Below, in pieces: positions 43,442 through 52,040 of a stretch of 52,040 nt of DNA. Position numbers and translations under genes: made by a program. Positions within the stretch are counted from its first letter, which is position 1. Every line of letters starts with the position of its first letter. The stretch comes from Kofleriaceae bacterium (lineage in GTDB: Bacteria > Myxococcota_A > Polyangia > Haliangiales > Haliangiaceae). The notes beneath the pieces are model-generated. The model made no database searches, was not told the origin of the DNA, and was given only the letters and a program-made list of their open reading frames with translations. Location of the stretch: contig DASTGJ010000665.1 in the NCBI GenBank assembly GCA_035719245.1, positions 1 to 52,040 on the forward strand, written 5' to 3'.

Positions 43442-44136
43442 CGTGCCGCCTCCGCCGCCTCGGGCGCGCGCACCACGCCGGTGCCGATCATCGAGTCGCG
43501 GGTGACGATCGCCGCGAGCTCGTCCTCGGTCATGCCCTCGGTGCCGGCGGGCCGGCGCGGCAGCACGAGGTAGCGCAGCTCGGCCGTCGAGTCCCACACC
43601 CGGACCTCGATGTCGTCGGGGAGCTCGACCCCGAAGTCGCGCAGCACGCCGCGCGGATCGATCACCGCGCGCGAGCGGTACGGCGCCGACTTGTACCAGA
43701 CCGGCGGCAGGCCGAGCACCGGCCACGGGTAGCACGAGCACAGCGTGCACACCACCATGTGGTGCACCGCCTCGGTGTTCTCGACCACGACCATGTCCTC
43801 GCCCTGACGGCCGATGAACCCGAGGTCGGCGAGCGTGGCGGTCGCGTCGGCGAGCAGGCGCTGCTTGAACGCCGGATCGGTCCACGCCTTGGCGACCACC
43901 TGCGCGCCGTTGCGCGGGCCGACCTGGGTCTCGTAGGTCTCGACGAGCGCGTCGAGCGCGGCCGGATCGACCAGGCCCTTCTCGGTGAGCAGCGACTCGA
44001 GCGCGCGCACCCGGAGCTGCACGTCGCTCAGCGGCGCGTTGTGCGGGTGCGCCGGATCGTCGGTCCCGTGGTGGTGATCGTGATCGCCGTGATCGTGATC
44101 GTGATGGTGATCGTGATCGTGATCGTGGCCGCTCAT
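43438..44136 (-). CDS. nthA: Nitrile hydratase alpha subunit, cobalt type, with a His/Asp-rich N-terminal extension
   Basis: [14 protein letters not shown] metal-binding motif (Thr indicates the Co type). N-terminus [24 protein letters not shown]. Confidence 0.9.
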   Translation of the reverse strand: MSGHDHDHDHHHDHDHGDHDHHHGTDDPAHPHNAPLSDVQLRVRALESLLTEKGLVDPAALDALVETYETQVGPRNGAQVVAKAWTDPAFKQRLLADATATLADLGFIGRQGEDMVVVENTEAVHHMVVCTLCSCYPWPVLGLPPVWYKSAPYRSRAVIDPRGVLRDFGVELPDDIEVRVWDSTAELRYLVLPRRPAGTEGMTEDELAAIVTRDSMIGTGVVRAPEAAEAAR

Positions 44137-44155
44137 CGCGACCGCATCTTAGCCG

Positions 44156-44401
44156 CTACTGGCACGCGAGCGCGAGCGTGGACGCCGGCGCGTCGGGGTC
44201 GGCCTCGAGCGGCGCGCACTCGGGGCAGCGGATCGCGCAGAACGGCGTGCCGTCGTTGCACCGGAAGCACGTGCGCTGCCCCACGGGGCAGGTCAGGGCG
44301 GGCGCCGGGCTCTTGGTCGCCACCGCGCTCGGCTCGGCGACGCCGGCCTGACACGCCGTGAGCGCCAGCAACACACTCGAGAGGAAGGTGCGAATCATCA
44401 T
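44156..44401 (-). CDS. 81-aa Cys-rich lipoprotein of unknown function
   Basis: MMIRTFLSSVLLALTAC carries the lipobox LTAC. The mature part has 8 further Cys (CPVGQRTCFRCNDGTPFCAIRCPECAP...LAC). The gene ends 19 nt upstream of the NHase alpha gene on the same strand. Confidence 0.55.
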   Translation of the reverse strand: MMIRTFLSSVLLALTACQAGVAEPSAVATKSPAPALTCPVGQRTCFRCNDGTPFCAIRCPECAPLEADPDAPASTLALACQ

Positions 44402-44484
44402 GTCTCGATGATCCGCAATGTGGGCGGCATTCTCTAGTACAATGCAGTGAACCGGCGACGAAGCGCACAGATCGGCGGCACAGC

Positions 44485-45351
44485 TCAGCGCTCGGGGAGC
44501 GGCACGAACTCGATCTCGTCGTCGATCACCTTGGCGAACTTGCCGGCCTTCCAGTCGGCCTTGGCTTGCTCGATCCGCGCCTGATCGGTCGCCACGAAGT
44601 TCCACCACATGTGACGCAGCCCGTCGAGCGGCGCGCCGCCGAGCAGCATCACGTTGGCCGCGGTGGTGGCGCAGATCGCCGCGTCGGCCCCGGCCTGGAG
44701 CACGACCATCGTCGCGGGCCCGAACGCGCGGCCGTCGCACTCGATCGCGCCGTCGATCACGTACACCGCGCGCTCGGCGTGCGTGTCGTCGATCGCGAGC
44801 GTCGCGCCGGGGTCCATCGCGGCGTGCACGTACAGGGTCGGCGTGAGCACGCTCGTCGGCGCGACCGCGCCGTACGCCGCGCCGGCGACCACGCGCAGGG
44901 TCACGCCCGGGCGCTCGATCGTGGGCAGCGTGTGCTGCGGGTGGTGCTCGAACCTCGGCGCCATCGCCTCGTGATCGCGCGGCAACGCGATCCAGGTCTG
45001 CAGGCCGAGCATGCGGCTGCCGCGCGCGCGGACCTCGGGCGCGGTGCGCTCGGAGTGGGCGACGCCGGCGCCGGCGATCATCCAGTTGACGTCGCCGGGC
45101 CGGATCGCCTGCACGCTGCCCAGGCTGTCGCGGTGCACGATCTCGCCGTCGATCAGGTACGTGAGCGTGGCGAGCCCGATGTGCGGGTGCGGCCGGACGT
45201 CCATGCCGTGGCCGGGCGCGAGCTGCGCCGGCCCCATGTGGTCGACGAAGATGAACGGGCCGACCGAGCGCCGCACGCCCGACGGCAAGCTGCGCTGCAC
45301 CGGGAAGCCGCCGATGTCGCGCGGCCGGCCTTCGATCACGACGTCGATCAT
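44485..45351 (-). CDS. Pirin-family bicupin protein
   Basis: MDVRPHPHIGLATLTYLIDGEIVHRDSLG is the N-terminal cupin metal site. 288 aa. ATGA overlap with the MFS gene stop. Confidence 0.85.
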   Translation of the reverse strand: MIDVVIEGRPRDIGGFPVQRSLPSGVRRSVGPFIFVDHMGPAQLAPGHGMDVRPHPHIGLATLTYLIDGEIVHRDSLGSVQAIRPGDVNWMIAGAGVAHSERTAPEVRARGSRMLGLQTWIALPRDHEAMAPRFEHHPQHTLPTIERPGVTLRVVAGAAYGAVAPTSVLTPTLYVHAAMDPGATLAIDDTHAERAVYVIDGAIECDGRAFGPATMVVLQAGADAAICATTAANVMLLGGAPLDGLRHMWWNFVATDQARIEQAKADWKAGKFAKVIDDEIEFVPLPER

Positions 45352-46592
45352 CGCTTACGTGTAGCACCGATGCGGAGCACGATGACCGCGGCGACCAGGC
45401 AGATCAGGCCGGCGCCGAGCCAGGCCGGGGTGTACGCGCCGGTCTGCGTCCGGATCACGCCGGCGGCGAGCGCGCCCGCGCCGGCGCCGAGCTGGTGCGC
45501 GGTGAACAGCCAGCCGAACACGATCGGGCCATCGACCGGGCCGACCGCGTCGACCGTGAGCCGCAGGGTCGGCGGCACGGTGGCGATCCAGTCCAGGCCG
45601 TAGAACACCGCGAACGCGGGCAGGCCGAGCACCTCCACGCCGAACGCGATCGGCAGGTAGATGAGCGCCAGGCCGCGCAGGCCGTAGTACACGAACAGCA
45701 GCCGCCGCGCGTCGTGGCGATCGGTGAGCCAGCCGCTCGCCGTGGTGCCGAACAGATCGAAGATGCCCATGGTCGCGATCAGCTTGGCGGCGCGCACCTC
45801 GGGGATGCCGTGGTCCATGCACGCCGGCACGAGGTGGGTGCCGATCAGGCCGTTGGTCGTCGCGCCGCACACGAAGAAGCTCACCGCGAGCAGCCAGAAG
45901 TCGCGGTGCTTGGTCGCGCGGCCGAGCGCGCCGAGCGCGAGCGCGAGCGGGTTGCCCGCCGGCCGGGGCGGGACCGGCGCGTCGGGATCGGCGCCGTACG
46001 GCCTCAGGCCCACGTCGTCGGGGTGATCGCGCAAGATGAACATCACGATCGGCACCAGGGCGAGCACCGCGATCGCGATCGCGCGCGTGAGCGGCCGCCA
46101 GCCATCGCTCTCGACGAACGTCGCCATCACGGGCAGGAACACGAGCTGACCGGTCGCCGAGCTCGCGGTCAAGAGGCCCATGACCAGGCCGCGGCGCGCC
46201 ACGAACCAGCGCTGCGCGATCGTCGCGCCGAGCACGCTCGCGGTCACGCCGGTCGCCAGGCCCACGATCGCGCCCCAGCTCGCGTAGAGCTGCCACGGCG
46301 CTCGCACGAAGCTCGCCGACTCCACGCCGGCCGCGATCACGACGAGCGCGGCGAGCACGGTGCGCCGGATGCCGAACCGCTGCATCACCGCGGCGGCGAA
46401 CGGCCCGATCAGGCCGAACAGCACGAGGTTGAGCGACACCGCGCCCGAGATGATCTGCGTCGACCAGCCGAGCTCGTCGTGGAGCGGCACGATGAGCAGG
46501 CTCGGCGTCGCGCGCACCGCGGCGGCGCCGAGCAGGATCACGAACGTCACCCCGGCGACGAACCACGCGTAGTGGATGCGGCGGCGGCTCAC
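45348..46592 (-). CDS. MFS transporter (12 TM)
   Basis: GTG start at 46592, in a GTGA overlap with the MarR stop. Hydrophobic 414-aa protein with two six-helix halves. Confidence 0.8.
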   Translation of the reverse strand: MSRRRIHYAWFVAGVTFVILLGAAAVRATPSLLIVPLHDELGWSTQIISGAVSLNLVLFGLIGPFAAAVMQRFGIRRTVLAALVVIAAGVESASFVRAPWQLYASWGAIVGLATGVTASVLGATIAQRWFVARRGLVMGLLTASSATGQLVFLPVMATFVESDGWRPLTRAIAIAVLALVPIVMFILRDHPDDVGLRPYGADPDAPVPPRPAGNPLALALGALGRATKHRDFWLLAVSFFVCGATTNGLIGTHLVPACMDHGIPEVRAAKLIATMGIFDLFGTTASGWLTDRHDARRLLFVYYGLRGLALIYLPIAFGVEVLGLPAFAVFYGLDWIATVPPTLRLTVDAVGPVDGPIVFGWLFTAHQLGAGAGALAAGVIRTQTGAYTPAWLGAGLICLVAAVIVLRIGATRKR

Positions 46593-47008
46593 GGCGCGGC
46601 GCTCGCGGTCACGGCCTCGAGCGAGGTCAGGAGGACCTGCCAGTCGGCGCCGAGCTCGGCCGCCATCCGGCGCTGCACCGCGTGCCAGCGCGGCTCGGCC
46701 TCGGCGAGCAGGGCGCGGCCGGCCGCGGTGATCGCGAGCACGCGCGCGCGGCGATCCTCGCCGGTGCGGATCGCGATCCAGCCCCGGCTCTCGAGCCCGC
46801 GCGCCGCGCGGTTGAGCGCGGTCTCCTCGATCACGACGAGCGCGGCGAGCTCGCGCATCGTGCGCTCGCCGTGGCGCACGAGCTGCCGCAGGAGCGAGAA
46901 CTGCGTGATCCGGAGGTCGAGCGGGCGAAGCGCGTCGTCGTACACGCGGGTCACCGAGCGCGTCGCGCGGCGCAGCGCGGCGCACAGGCAAGGGGTCGGG
47001 GCCGGCAT
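46589..47008 (-). CDS. MarR-family transcriptional regulator
   Basis: The last 139 codons of a 1121-aa artefactual [39 protein letters not shown] ... wHTH ... [13 protein letters not shown]. Confidence 0.85.
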   Translation of the reverse strand: MPAPTPCLCAALRRATRSVTRVYDDALRPLDLRITQFSLLRQLVRHGERTMRELAALVVIEETALNRAARGLESRGWIAIRTGEDRRARVLAITAAGRALLAEAEPRWHAVQRRMAAELGADWQVLLTSLEAVTASAAP

Positions 47009-47011
47009 TTG

Positions 47012-47025
47012 TATGCATATGCATA
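47012..47025. promoter_or_regulatory. Perfect 14-bp palindrome TATGCATATGCATA (candidate MarR operator) overlapping a TATAAT box
   Basis: AT-rich island in the divergent marR/toxin intergenic region, 4 nt from the marR ATG. TATAAT at 47024-47029 faces the plus-strand gene. Confidence 0.5.
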
Positions 47026-47161
47026 TAATCGTCGGCCGCCGAACGCAAGCACGGTGCGATTCCCGGCGCCTGCGCGGCGCCAACGTCGCGCCGATCACAC
47101 GGCGTAATCGGCTGTCATGGATCGTCGGAGCCGCGGTTCGTAGGGTGGTCGGCCAAGGAGG

Positions 47162-50056
47162 ATGGCGTTGCAGCATGACCACCGGACGGGATCGGCCGCA
47201 TCGGCGCACGCGGGGAGCGCGACGAGCACGGCGGTGCCGGGCAAGCGCACGTTGACCGGCGGCCTCGCGGTGCAGCGCCGCGCCGACGGCGCGGAGGCGA
47301 GCGGCCCCGACGTCCACGCGATCGCGGCGCAGGGCACGGCCGGCGCCGGGAGCGCGCTGCCGTACGCCGACGTCATCCAGCGCGCGTTCGGGCGCCACGA
47401 CATCTCGGGCATCCAGGCCCACACCGGCGGCACCGCCGCGGCGAGCGCGCGCGCGATCGGCGCCGAGGCCTACGCGACCGGCAACCACGTCGTGCTCGGC
47501 GGCAAGCGCGACCTCCACACCGTGGCGCACGAGGCCGCGCACGTCGTGCAGCAGCGCGGCGGCGTGCAGCTCAAGGGCGGCGTGGGCGAGGCCGGCGATC
47601 CGTACGAGCAGCACGCCGATCAGGTCGCCGACGCGGTGGTGCAGGGCCACAGCGCCGAGGCCCTGCTCGATCGCTACGCCGGCGCCGGGAACGCCGGCGC
47701 GCCGGCCACGCAGCGGATCGTGCAGCGCGTGCAGGTCACGTGGGCCGGCGACATCCAGCCCGTGGTCGGCTCGTCGGTGTCGGGCGCGCGACCGTCGGCG
47801 CCCAACGATCCGTTCGCGTTCCTGAACGCCGCGATCGCCGACGAGCTCGGCCTGGGCGCCAAGAAGAACGCGCTGATGGTGAAGATCCAGGCCCAGAGCG
47901 AGGCCGAGACCGACGCCATGGTCAACGAGCTGCGCCGGCTCAACAAGCTCCAGGAGACCAGGAACGCGCTCGGCGCGCCGTTCGAGGCCGTGCTCGCGCT
48001 CCACGCGCAGGGTTTCGGCGCGCGCGACTACCACGCGATCCTCAAGCCGTACGAGACCGTGGATCCGCCGAGCGCCGGCGCCCGCGACCTCGCCGTGCAG
48101 CAGGTCGATCAGCTCGCCGCCGGCCCCAAGGGCCACGTGGTGACGCAGCTGCTCGCCCGGCGAACCTGGTCCGTGCTGTCGCCGCGGCTCGGCGCGCAGT
48201 TCGACACCGTGATCGCCACCGTGCTCTACGAGCGCTACCTGCAGGGCTACGAGCGCGCGACCCAGGCCGCGCCCCTCGGCTGGCAACAGGGCGCGTTGAT
48301 CGCGCTCCAGGGCCTCGACGACTTCGCGCTCCACAAGCTGCTCGCGCTGCTCAGCACGACCAAGGCCGCGTACGTGCCCGCGATCTCGCTCGCGCTCGGC
48401 GGCGGCTTCGAGCAGCTCGTGAGTGGTCGCGTCATGCAGCGGGTGGACGCCGCCGGCCCGCCCGGCCCCGCCGCGGTCATCAACGGCCTGAGCGACCTCG
48501 AGCTGCGCATGCTCGCGCGCTACCTGCTCGCCAACGGCAGGACCCAGAGCGTGCACACCACGGTCGGCCCGGCCGCGCACGACGCCGCGGTCGGCAAGGA
48601 GCTCAGCGCGCGCGTCCAGCAGGCCATCGCGTGGGAGTTCGGCGACCGCAGCAACAAGATCCTGCCCGTGATCGCGACGCTGTCGAGCTACGAGCTGACC
48701 CACATGCTCGCCGAGATGCGCACGGTCGCCGCGCACGAGCCGCACGCGCTCGACACGCGCGGCGCCCAGGCCGCCGCGATCAACAACAAGGTCGCCGGCC
48801 ATCACTACGACAGCCTGCTCAAGCGGTTCGCCGACGGCGCCACGCCGAGCGGCGGCGAGGCCGGCCAGGTCAACGCCGAGCTCGGTCGGCTCCACCCGTT
48901 CGAGCTCACGATGGTGACCGCGAAGGTCTACCAGGAGGGCAAGCAGGCCACCCTGATCGGCAAGCTCGGCGATCCGTTCAAGGCCCTGTACCACGAGGGC
49001 CTGCGCCTGGTGTTCGACCGCTACACCGACATCGGCGTCCGGTCGGCCTTGCTCAAGGAGCGGTTCGGCATCGAGTTCGGCAAGGACGCCGGCATGTCGG
49101 GCACCGGCGTCGACTGGGACGTGCGCGGCCAGGCGCAGGCGTGGGACGTGCTCGAGCGCCTGCCGCCGACGCACGTGATCGGCAACGACAAGCTCGCCCG
49201 GATGCTGCGCTACCAGATCGGCGACCCGGGCGACCTGCTCAGGATCACCGAGCTCGGCGCGAGCGGCGCGCACGGCGGCAGCACGCTCACCGTCGGCTAC
49301 GACGAGGCGATCATCGACCGCACCAAGAACAACTCGGCCACCGGCGCCGAGCCGCTCGCCAACGTCAACCGGTTCGACACCACCGTGCGCCACGAGGTCG
49401 GCCACGCGGTCGACGCCAAGCACAACCTGTCGGCCGGGTACTGCGCCACCCCGGCGGGCGGCGACTGGAAGAAGCACGACGACAAGACCGCGCTCGCCAA
49501 CCTGTTCGTGGCGCAGGCGCCGAGCAGCGCGGTGATCCGGACCTGGGCCAACCCGCTGCAGAAGACCAAGATCCTCGGCAAGCTCGCTCAGATCCTCGGT
49601 GACGAGAGCACGTCCGCGGCGGTCGATACCCGGCTCGCCGAGCTCAAGTCGGGTGGCAACGCGCTGTCCGAGCACGAGCTCACCACGGTCAAGACCGACG
49701 GCGGCGTGGCGGCGATCCGGACCGCGATGGCCAAGGGCTCGCCGTGGTACGCGCACCCCACCGGCGGCATCCCGCTCGCCGACGGCCGGATCTATGTCCA
49801 GTCGTACGGCGACAAGCGCGCCGGCGACTGGGCGAGCTACGCCCAGGCCGCGCGCACGCGCAGCGTGTCGATGTACCAGTTCCGCGCCGCCGCCGAGTGG
49901 TTCGCCGAGGCGTACGCCACGTACTACGAGCCGGGCGACGGCTCCGGCGCCCACCTCGGCCGCAAGGAAGCCGTCAAGCAGGCCAACGGCGCCTTACTCG
50001 CGGCGCGCGATCCGGCGACCAAGACGTGGTTCGATCTCAACGTCGCGACCAAGTGA
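47162..50056 (+). CDS. 964-aa protein with an N-terminal DUF4157 zincin-like domain and a C-terminal lethal-factor/MtfA-like HExxH...EWFAEA domain (toxin-like)
   Basis: AAGGAGG RBS. PGKRTLT near the N-terminus. [24 protein letters not shown]...[16 protein letters not shown] matches the DUF4157 pattern. Second site [10 protein letters not shown] (residues 743-751) and [13 protein letters not shown] (910-922). Confidence 0.8.
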   Translation: MALQHDHRTGSAASAHAGSATSTAVPGKRTLTGGLAVQRRADGAEASGPDVHAIAAQGTAGAGSALPYADVIQRAFGRHDISGIQAHTGGTAAASARAIGAEAYATGNHVVLGGKRDLHTVAHEAAHVVQQRGGVQLKGGVGEAGDPYEQHADQVADAVVQGHSAEALLDRYAGAGNAGAPATQRIVQRVQVTWAGDIQPVVGSSVSGARPSAPNDPFAFLNAAIADELGLGAKKNALMVKIQAQSEAETDAMVNELRRLNKLQETRNALGAPFEAVLALHAQGFGARDYHAILKPYETVDPPSAGARDLAVQQVDQLAAGPKGHVVTQLLARRTWSVLSPRLGAQFDTVIATVLYERYLQGYERATQAAPLGWQQGALIALQGLDDFALHKLLALLSTTKAAYVPAISLALGGGFEQLVSGRVMQRVDAAGPPGPAAVINGLSDLELRMLARYLLANGRTQSVHTTVGPAAHDAAVGKELSARVQQAIAWEFGDRSNKILPVIATLSSYELTHMLAEMRTVAAHEPHALDTRGAQAAAINNKVAGHHYDSLLKRFADGATPSGGEAGQVNAELGRLHPFELTMVTAKVYQEGKQATLIGKLGDPFKALYHEGLRLVFDRYTDIGVRSALLKERFGIEFGKDAGMSGTGVDWDVRGQAQAWDVLERLPPTHVIGNDKLARMLRYQIGDPGDLLRITELGASGAHGGSTLTVGYDEAIIDRTKNNSATGAEPLANVNRFDTTVRHEVGHAVDAKHNLSAGYCATPAGGDWKKHDDKTALANLFVAQAPSSAVIRTWANPLQKTKILGKLAQILGDESTSAAVDTRLAELKSGGNALSEHELTTVKTDGGVAAIRTAMAKGSPWYAHPTGGIPLADGRIYVQSYGDKRAGDWASYAQAARTRSVSMYQFRAAAEWFAEAYATYYEPGDGSGAHLGRKEAVKQANGALLAARDPATKTWFDLNVATK

Positions 50057-50064
50057 GACCCCCC

Positions 50065-50616
50065 ATGTCCGGACCCAACACACCCGCCGCGCGGCGCGCG
50101 GTGGCCGAGGCGCGCGGGCTCGCCGAGGCCGAGCTCGAGGTCGAGTGGCTCGTCGGGGCGCGCGTGCCCGGGCTCGCCGTGTTCCGCTGCGAGCGGCGGC
50201 CGCGCCCCGGTCAGCGCGGCGCGTACAACGCCGGCGTGATCGCCGGTGAGACCGTCGAGCTCGATCCGCGGCGCGCGATCGAGCGCGTGGTGCGCGCCTG
50301 GCAGTACGACGAGCGCCGGCCGGTCGCGGCGGCGCAGGTCGCCGAGGTGATCGGCTTCCTCGTCGGCGGCTCGACCGCCGCCACCACGGCGCTCGTCGAT
50401 CCGGCGCGGCTCGCCGAGCTGCCCGCCGCCTGGCACGCCCACGTCGCCGCGCCGCGCGAGGTGGTCGTCGACGGCGCGCCCGCGGTCGTGTTCTGGGTCG
50501 CCGGCGCGTTCGTCGAGGACAGCGCGCCGCCGTTCTGGCGCGTCGAGCTCGCGGTGCCGGCCGACGGCGCGCCCGTGCTCCGCATCGAGAGCCTCACCGC
50601 GGTGCTCGCCCGTTAA
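50065..50616 (+). CDS. 183-aa hypothetical protein, putative cognate partner (immunity/inhibitor) of the upstream protein
   Basis: ATG lies 8 nt after the upstream stop, on the same strand. High GC3, no signal peptide, no recognisable motif. Confidence 0.55.
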   Translation: MSGPNTPAARRAVAEARGLAEAELEVEWLVGARVPGLAVFRCERRPRPGQRGAYNAGVIAGETVELDPRRAIERVVRAWQYDERRPVAAAQVAEVIGFLVGGSTAATTALVDPARLAELPAAWHAHVAAPREVVVDGAPAVVFWVAGAFVEDSAPPFWRVELAVPADGAPVLRIESLTAVLAR

Positions 50617-51098
50617 TCGGCATCGAACGAGCGCAACAGCTTGGGCGGCAGCACGGCGCGGATCTGCATGCCGCCCGGCGTCGCCGTGCCCTCGAGCCAC
50701 ACCACGCCGCACTTCTTGATCGCGATCGCGTCGCCGAGCCGCGCGTCGCCGAACGCGAGCAGGCCGACCAGCTCGCCGAGCCACGGCTCGTGGCCGATCA
50801 CCGCCGTGGTCTCGCCGTGCTCGGCGATCTGCGCGAGCAGCTCGGGCCTGGGCGCCTGGGCGAGCCACGGCGTGGTCTCGATCGCGGCGCGCGCGAGCGC
50901 GCTCATCGCGCGGGCGGTGTGCAGCGCGCGCTTCCACGGGCTGGTCAGCACGCGGTCGAACCGGACGTCGATCGCCTTGAGCCCGGCCACCACGCGGTAC
51001 AGCTTGGCCCGGCCCTCCGGCGTGAGCTCGCGTTCGCGATCGTCGAGGCCGGCCACGGGGTCCTCCGCGATCGCGTGCCGGATCACCATCAGCTGCAT
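50613..51098 (-). CDS. sixA: SixA-type phosphohistidine phosphatase (histidine phosphatase superfamily, short form)
   Basis: 161 aa starting MQLMVIRHAIAE (RHA/RHG motif). TSPWKRALHTA and IGHEPWLGEL motifs. Confidence 0.7.
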   Translation of the reverse strand: MQLMVIRHAIAEDPVAGLDDRERELTPEGRAKLYRVVAGLKAIDVRFDRVLTSPWKRALHTARAMSALARAAIETTPWLAQAPRPELLAQIAEHGETTAVIGHEPWLGELVGLLAFGDARLGDAIAIKKCGVVWLEGTATPGGMQIRAVLPPKLLRSFDAD

Positions 51099-51141
51099 GT
51101 CGGCATTTGACACCCGGCGTGGCCCGTGCGAAAGCGCGAGG

Positions 51142-51666
51142 ATGAACAGCGTGCTGATCCGAGCTGTCGCGGCGGTCGCCCTGGCGTCGAACGCGTGCGG
51201 TGGCTCGCCGCCGCCGGGCTCGACCACCGAAACGCTCGAGTCGTCGCGCGTGGCCCAGCCGCACGCCGAGGGCCGCCACGCCGCGGCCGAGCCGATGGCG
51301 GGCGGCGACGAGCCGGCGATGGCGCCCGAGATCAAGCGCTTCCACGACACGCTCGCGCCGCGCTGGCACGCCGAGCACGGCACCAAGCGGATGACCGAGA
51401 CGTGCAACGCGATCGGTGAATTCCATACCCGCGCCACCGAGATCGAGGACGCGGCGCCGCCCGCCGCCGCCGATCCGCGCGCGTGGGCCAAGTCCGGCAA
51501 GGCGCTGTCGCAAGCGGTCGTCGAGCTCGCCGCCGCGTGCAAGGCCAACGACGCCACCGCGTTCGAGCCCGCGTTCGACAAGGTGCACGACAGCTTCCAC
51601 CGCGTGATGGAGGCCGGCGGCGCCGGCGAGCACCACGAGCCGATGGCCGAGCCCGACGGCAAGTGA
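51142..51666 (+). CDS. Secreted or lipoprotein helical protein of unknown function
   Basis: [21 protein letters not shown] is a signal peptide with a possible lipobox. The rest is predicted helical and His-containing. Confidence 0.5.
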   Translation: MNSVLIRAVAAVALASNACGGSPPPGSTTETLESSRVAQPHAEGRHAAAEPMAGGDEPAMAPEIKRFHDTLAPRWHAEHGTKRMTETCNAIGEFHTRATEIEDAAPPAAADPRAWAKSGKALSQAVVELAAACKANDATAFEPAFDKVHDSFHRVMEAGGAGEHHEPMAEPDGK

Positions 51667-51675
51667 CCCCGCGCC

Positions 51676-51697
51676 CGACCGGCGCCTGTACCGGTCG
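51676..51697. terminator. Hairpin CGACCGG-N8-CCGGTCG after the stop codon
   Basis: 7-bp perfect stem 10 nt downstream of TGA 51664-51666. No clear U-tract. Confidence 0.3.
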
Positions 51698-51727
51698 CGC
51701 GCGCGCCCGGCGTGCTACCTCTGGGGC

Positions 51728-52040
51728 ATGAGCAAAGAGCTGTGGAAGCTCGGTGAGCAGTACGCGAGCGCGCCGCTCGATCCCGAGGCGTGCGATGCCG
51801 ATCCGATCGTCGAGTTCCGGCGCTGGTTCCAGGTCGCGGTCGACGCCGAGCTGCCGACGGTGAACGCGATGACGCTCGCCACCATCGACGAGCGCGGTCG
51901 GCCGGCGGCGCGCGTCGTCCTGCTCAAGGAGGTCGACGCGCGCGGCTTCGTGTTCTACACCAACTACGAGAGCCGCAAGGGCAAGGACCTCGCGGCCCAC
52001 CCGTTCGCCGCGCTCGTCCTGTACTGGGAGCCGCTCCACC
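51728..52040 (+). CDS. pdxH: Pyridoxamine 5'-phosphate oxidase (5' part, runs off the window)
   Basis: [17 protein letters not shown]...FRRWF...[40 protein letters not shown] matches the PdxH N-terminal half. Confidence 0.85.
   Translation, partial: MSKELWKLGEQYASAPLDPEACDADPIVEFRRWFQVAVDAELPTVNAMTLATIDERGRPAARVVLLKEVDARGFVFYTNYESRKGKDLAAHPFAALVLYWEPLH

Noticed and set aside
43438-44136. Nitrile hydratase alpha as an NHLP-type RiPP leader peptide.
   Set aside because: The protein is full-length (232 aa) with an intact VCTLCSC metal site, and it is followed by genuine beta and accessory genes. This is an enzyme operon, not a leader-peptide paralogue.
47009-49954. N-terminal ~980 codons of the 1121-aa reverse ORF 46589-49954.
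   Set aside because: This part is antisense to the well-supported 964-aa plus-strand gene. Only the final 139 codons (46589-47008) form a MarR regulator.

Overview
The window is a 52-kb, very G+C-rich chromosomal segment. The composition, a Hanks kinase with a PEGA-like tail, a sigma-54 activator and many lipoproteins suggest a myxobacterium-like organism, but that is inference only. I support about 46 protein genes. I found no rRNA, tRNA, CRISPR array, transposase or integrase.

Left to right the window contains:
- an AT-richer unassigned edge (1-560) and a gap without convincing genes
- a czcCBA-type RND efflux operon, divergent from a sensor kinase / sigma-54 regulator pair
- a DD-carboxypeptidase, a Ser/Thr kinase, a TPR protein and a zinc-ribbon/bPH membrane protein
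- a long reverse-strand block: exported TldD/PmbA pair, NrdG-like radical-SAM activase, LytS-type kinase, LytTR regulator, then a 56-aa double-glycine-leader peptide that is not in the ORF track
- a dual-receiver protein, DODA dioxygenase, corA and an orphan kinase
- a domain-permuted aconitase-family enzyme next to a MocR regulator
- an APH-kinase / ACAD10-11-like dehydrogenase / histidine-phosphatase operon
- a proline-rich membrane protein with a zinc ribbon
- LOG, GNAT, adk, leuS and moaB
- an unknown gene start/stop-overlapped with a GGQ (ArfB-like) protein
- a cobalt-type nitrile hydratase operon whose alpha subunit has a His-rich N-terminus, preceded by a Cys-rich lipoprotein
- a pirin-MFS-MarR operon
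- a 964-aa protein with an N-terminal DUF4157 domain and a C-terminal lethal-factor/MtfA-like zincin, followed by a small partner gene
- sixA, a secreted protein, and the 5' part of pdxH

The most interesting candidates are:
1. The GG-leader peptide wired to a LytTR two-component pair, with 21-bp-spaced direct repeats upstream.
2. The double-zincin toxin-like gene with its putative immunity partner, sitting next to a MarR operator palindrome.
3. A conserved GC-rich multi-hairpin element present three times, each directly 3' of a reverse-strand stop codon.

Many long alternative-frame ORFs in the track are high-GC artefacts and were rejected. All calls come from reading the sequence and from motif recognition. 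No database search was run.
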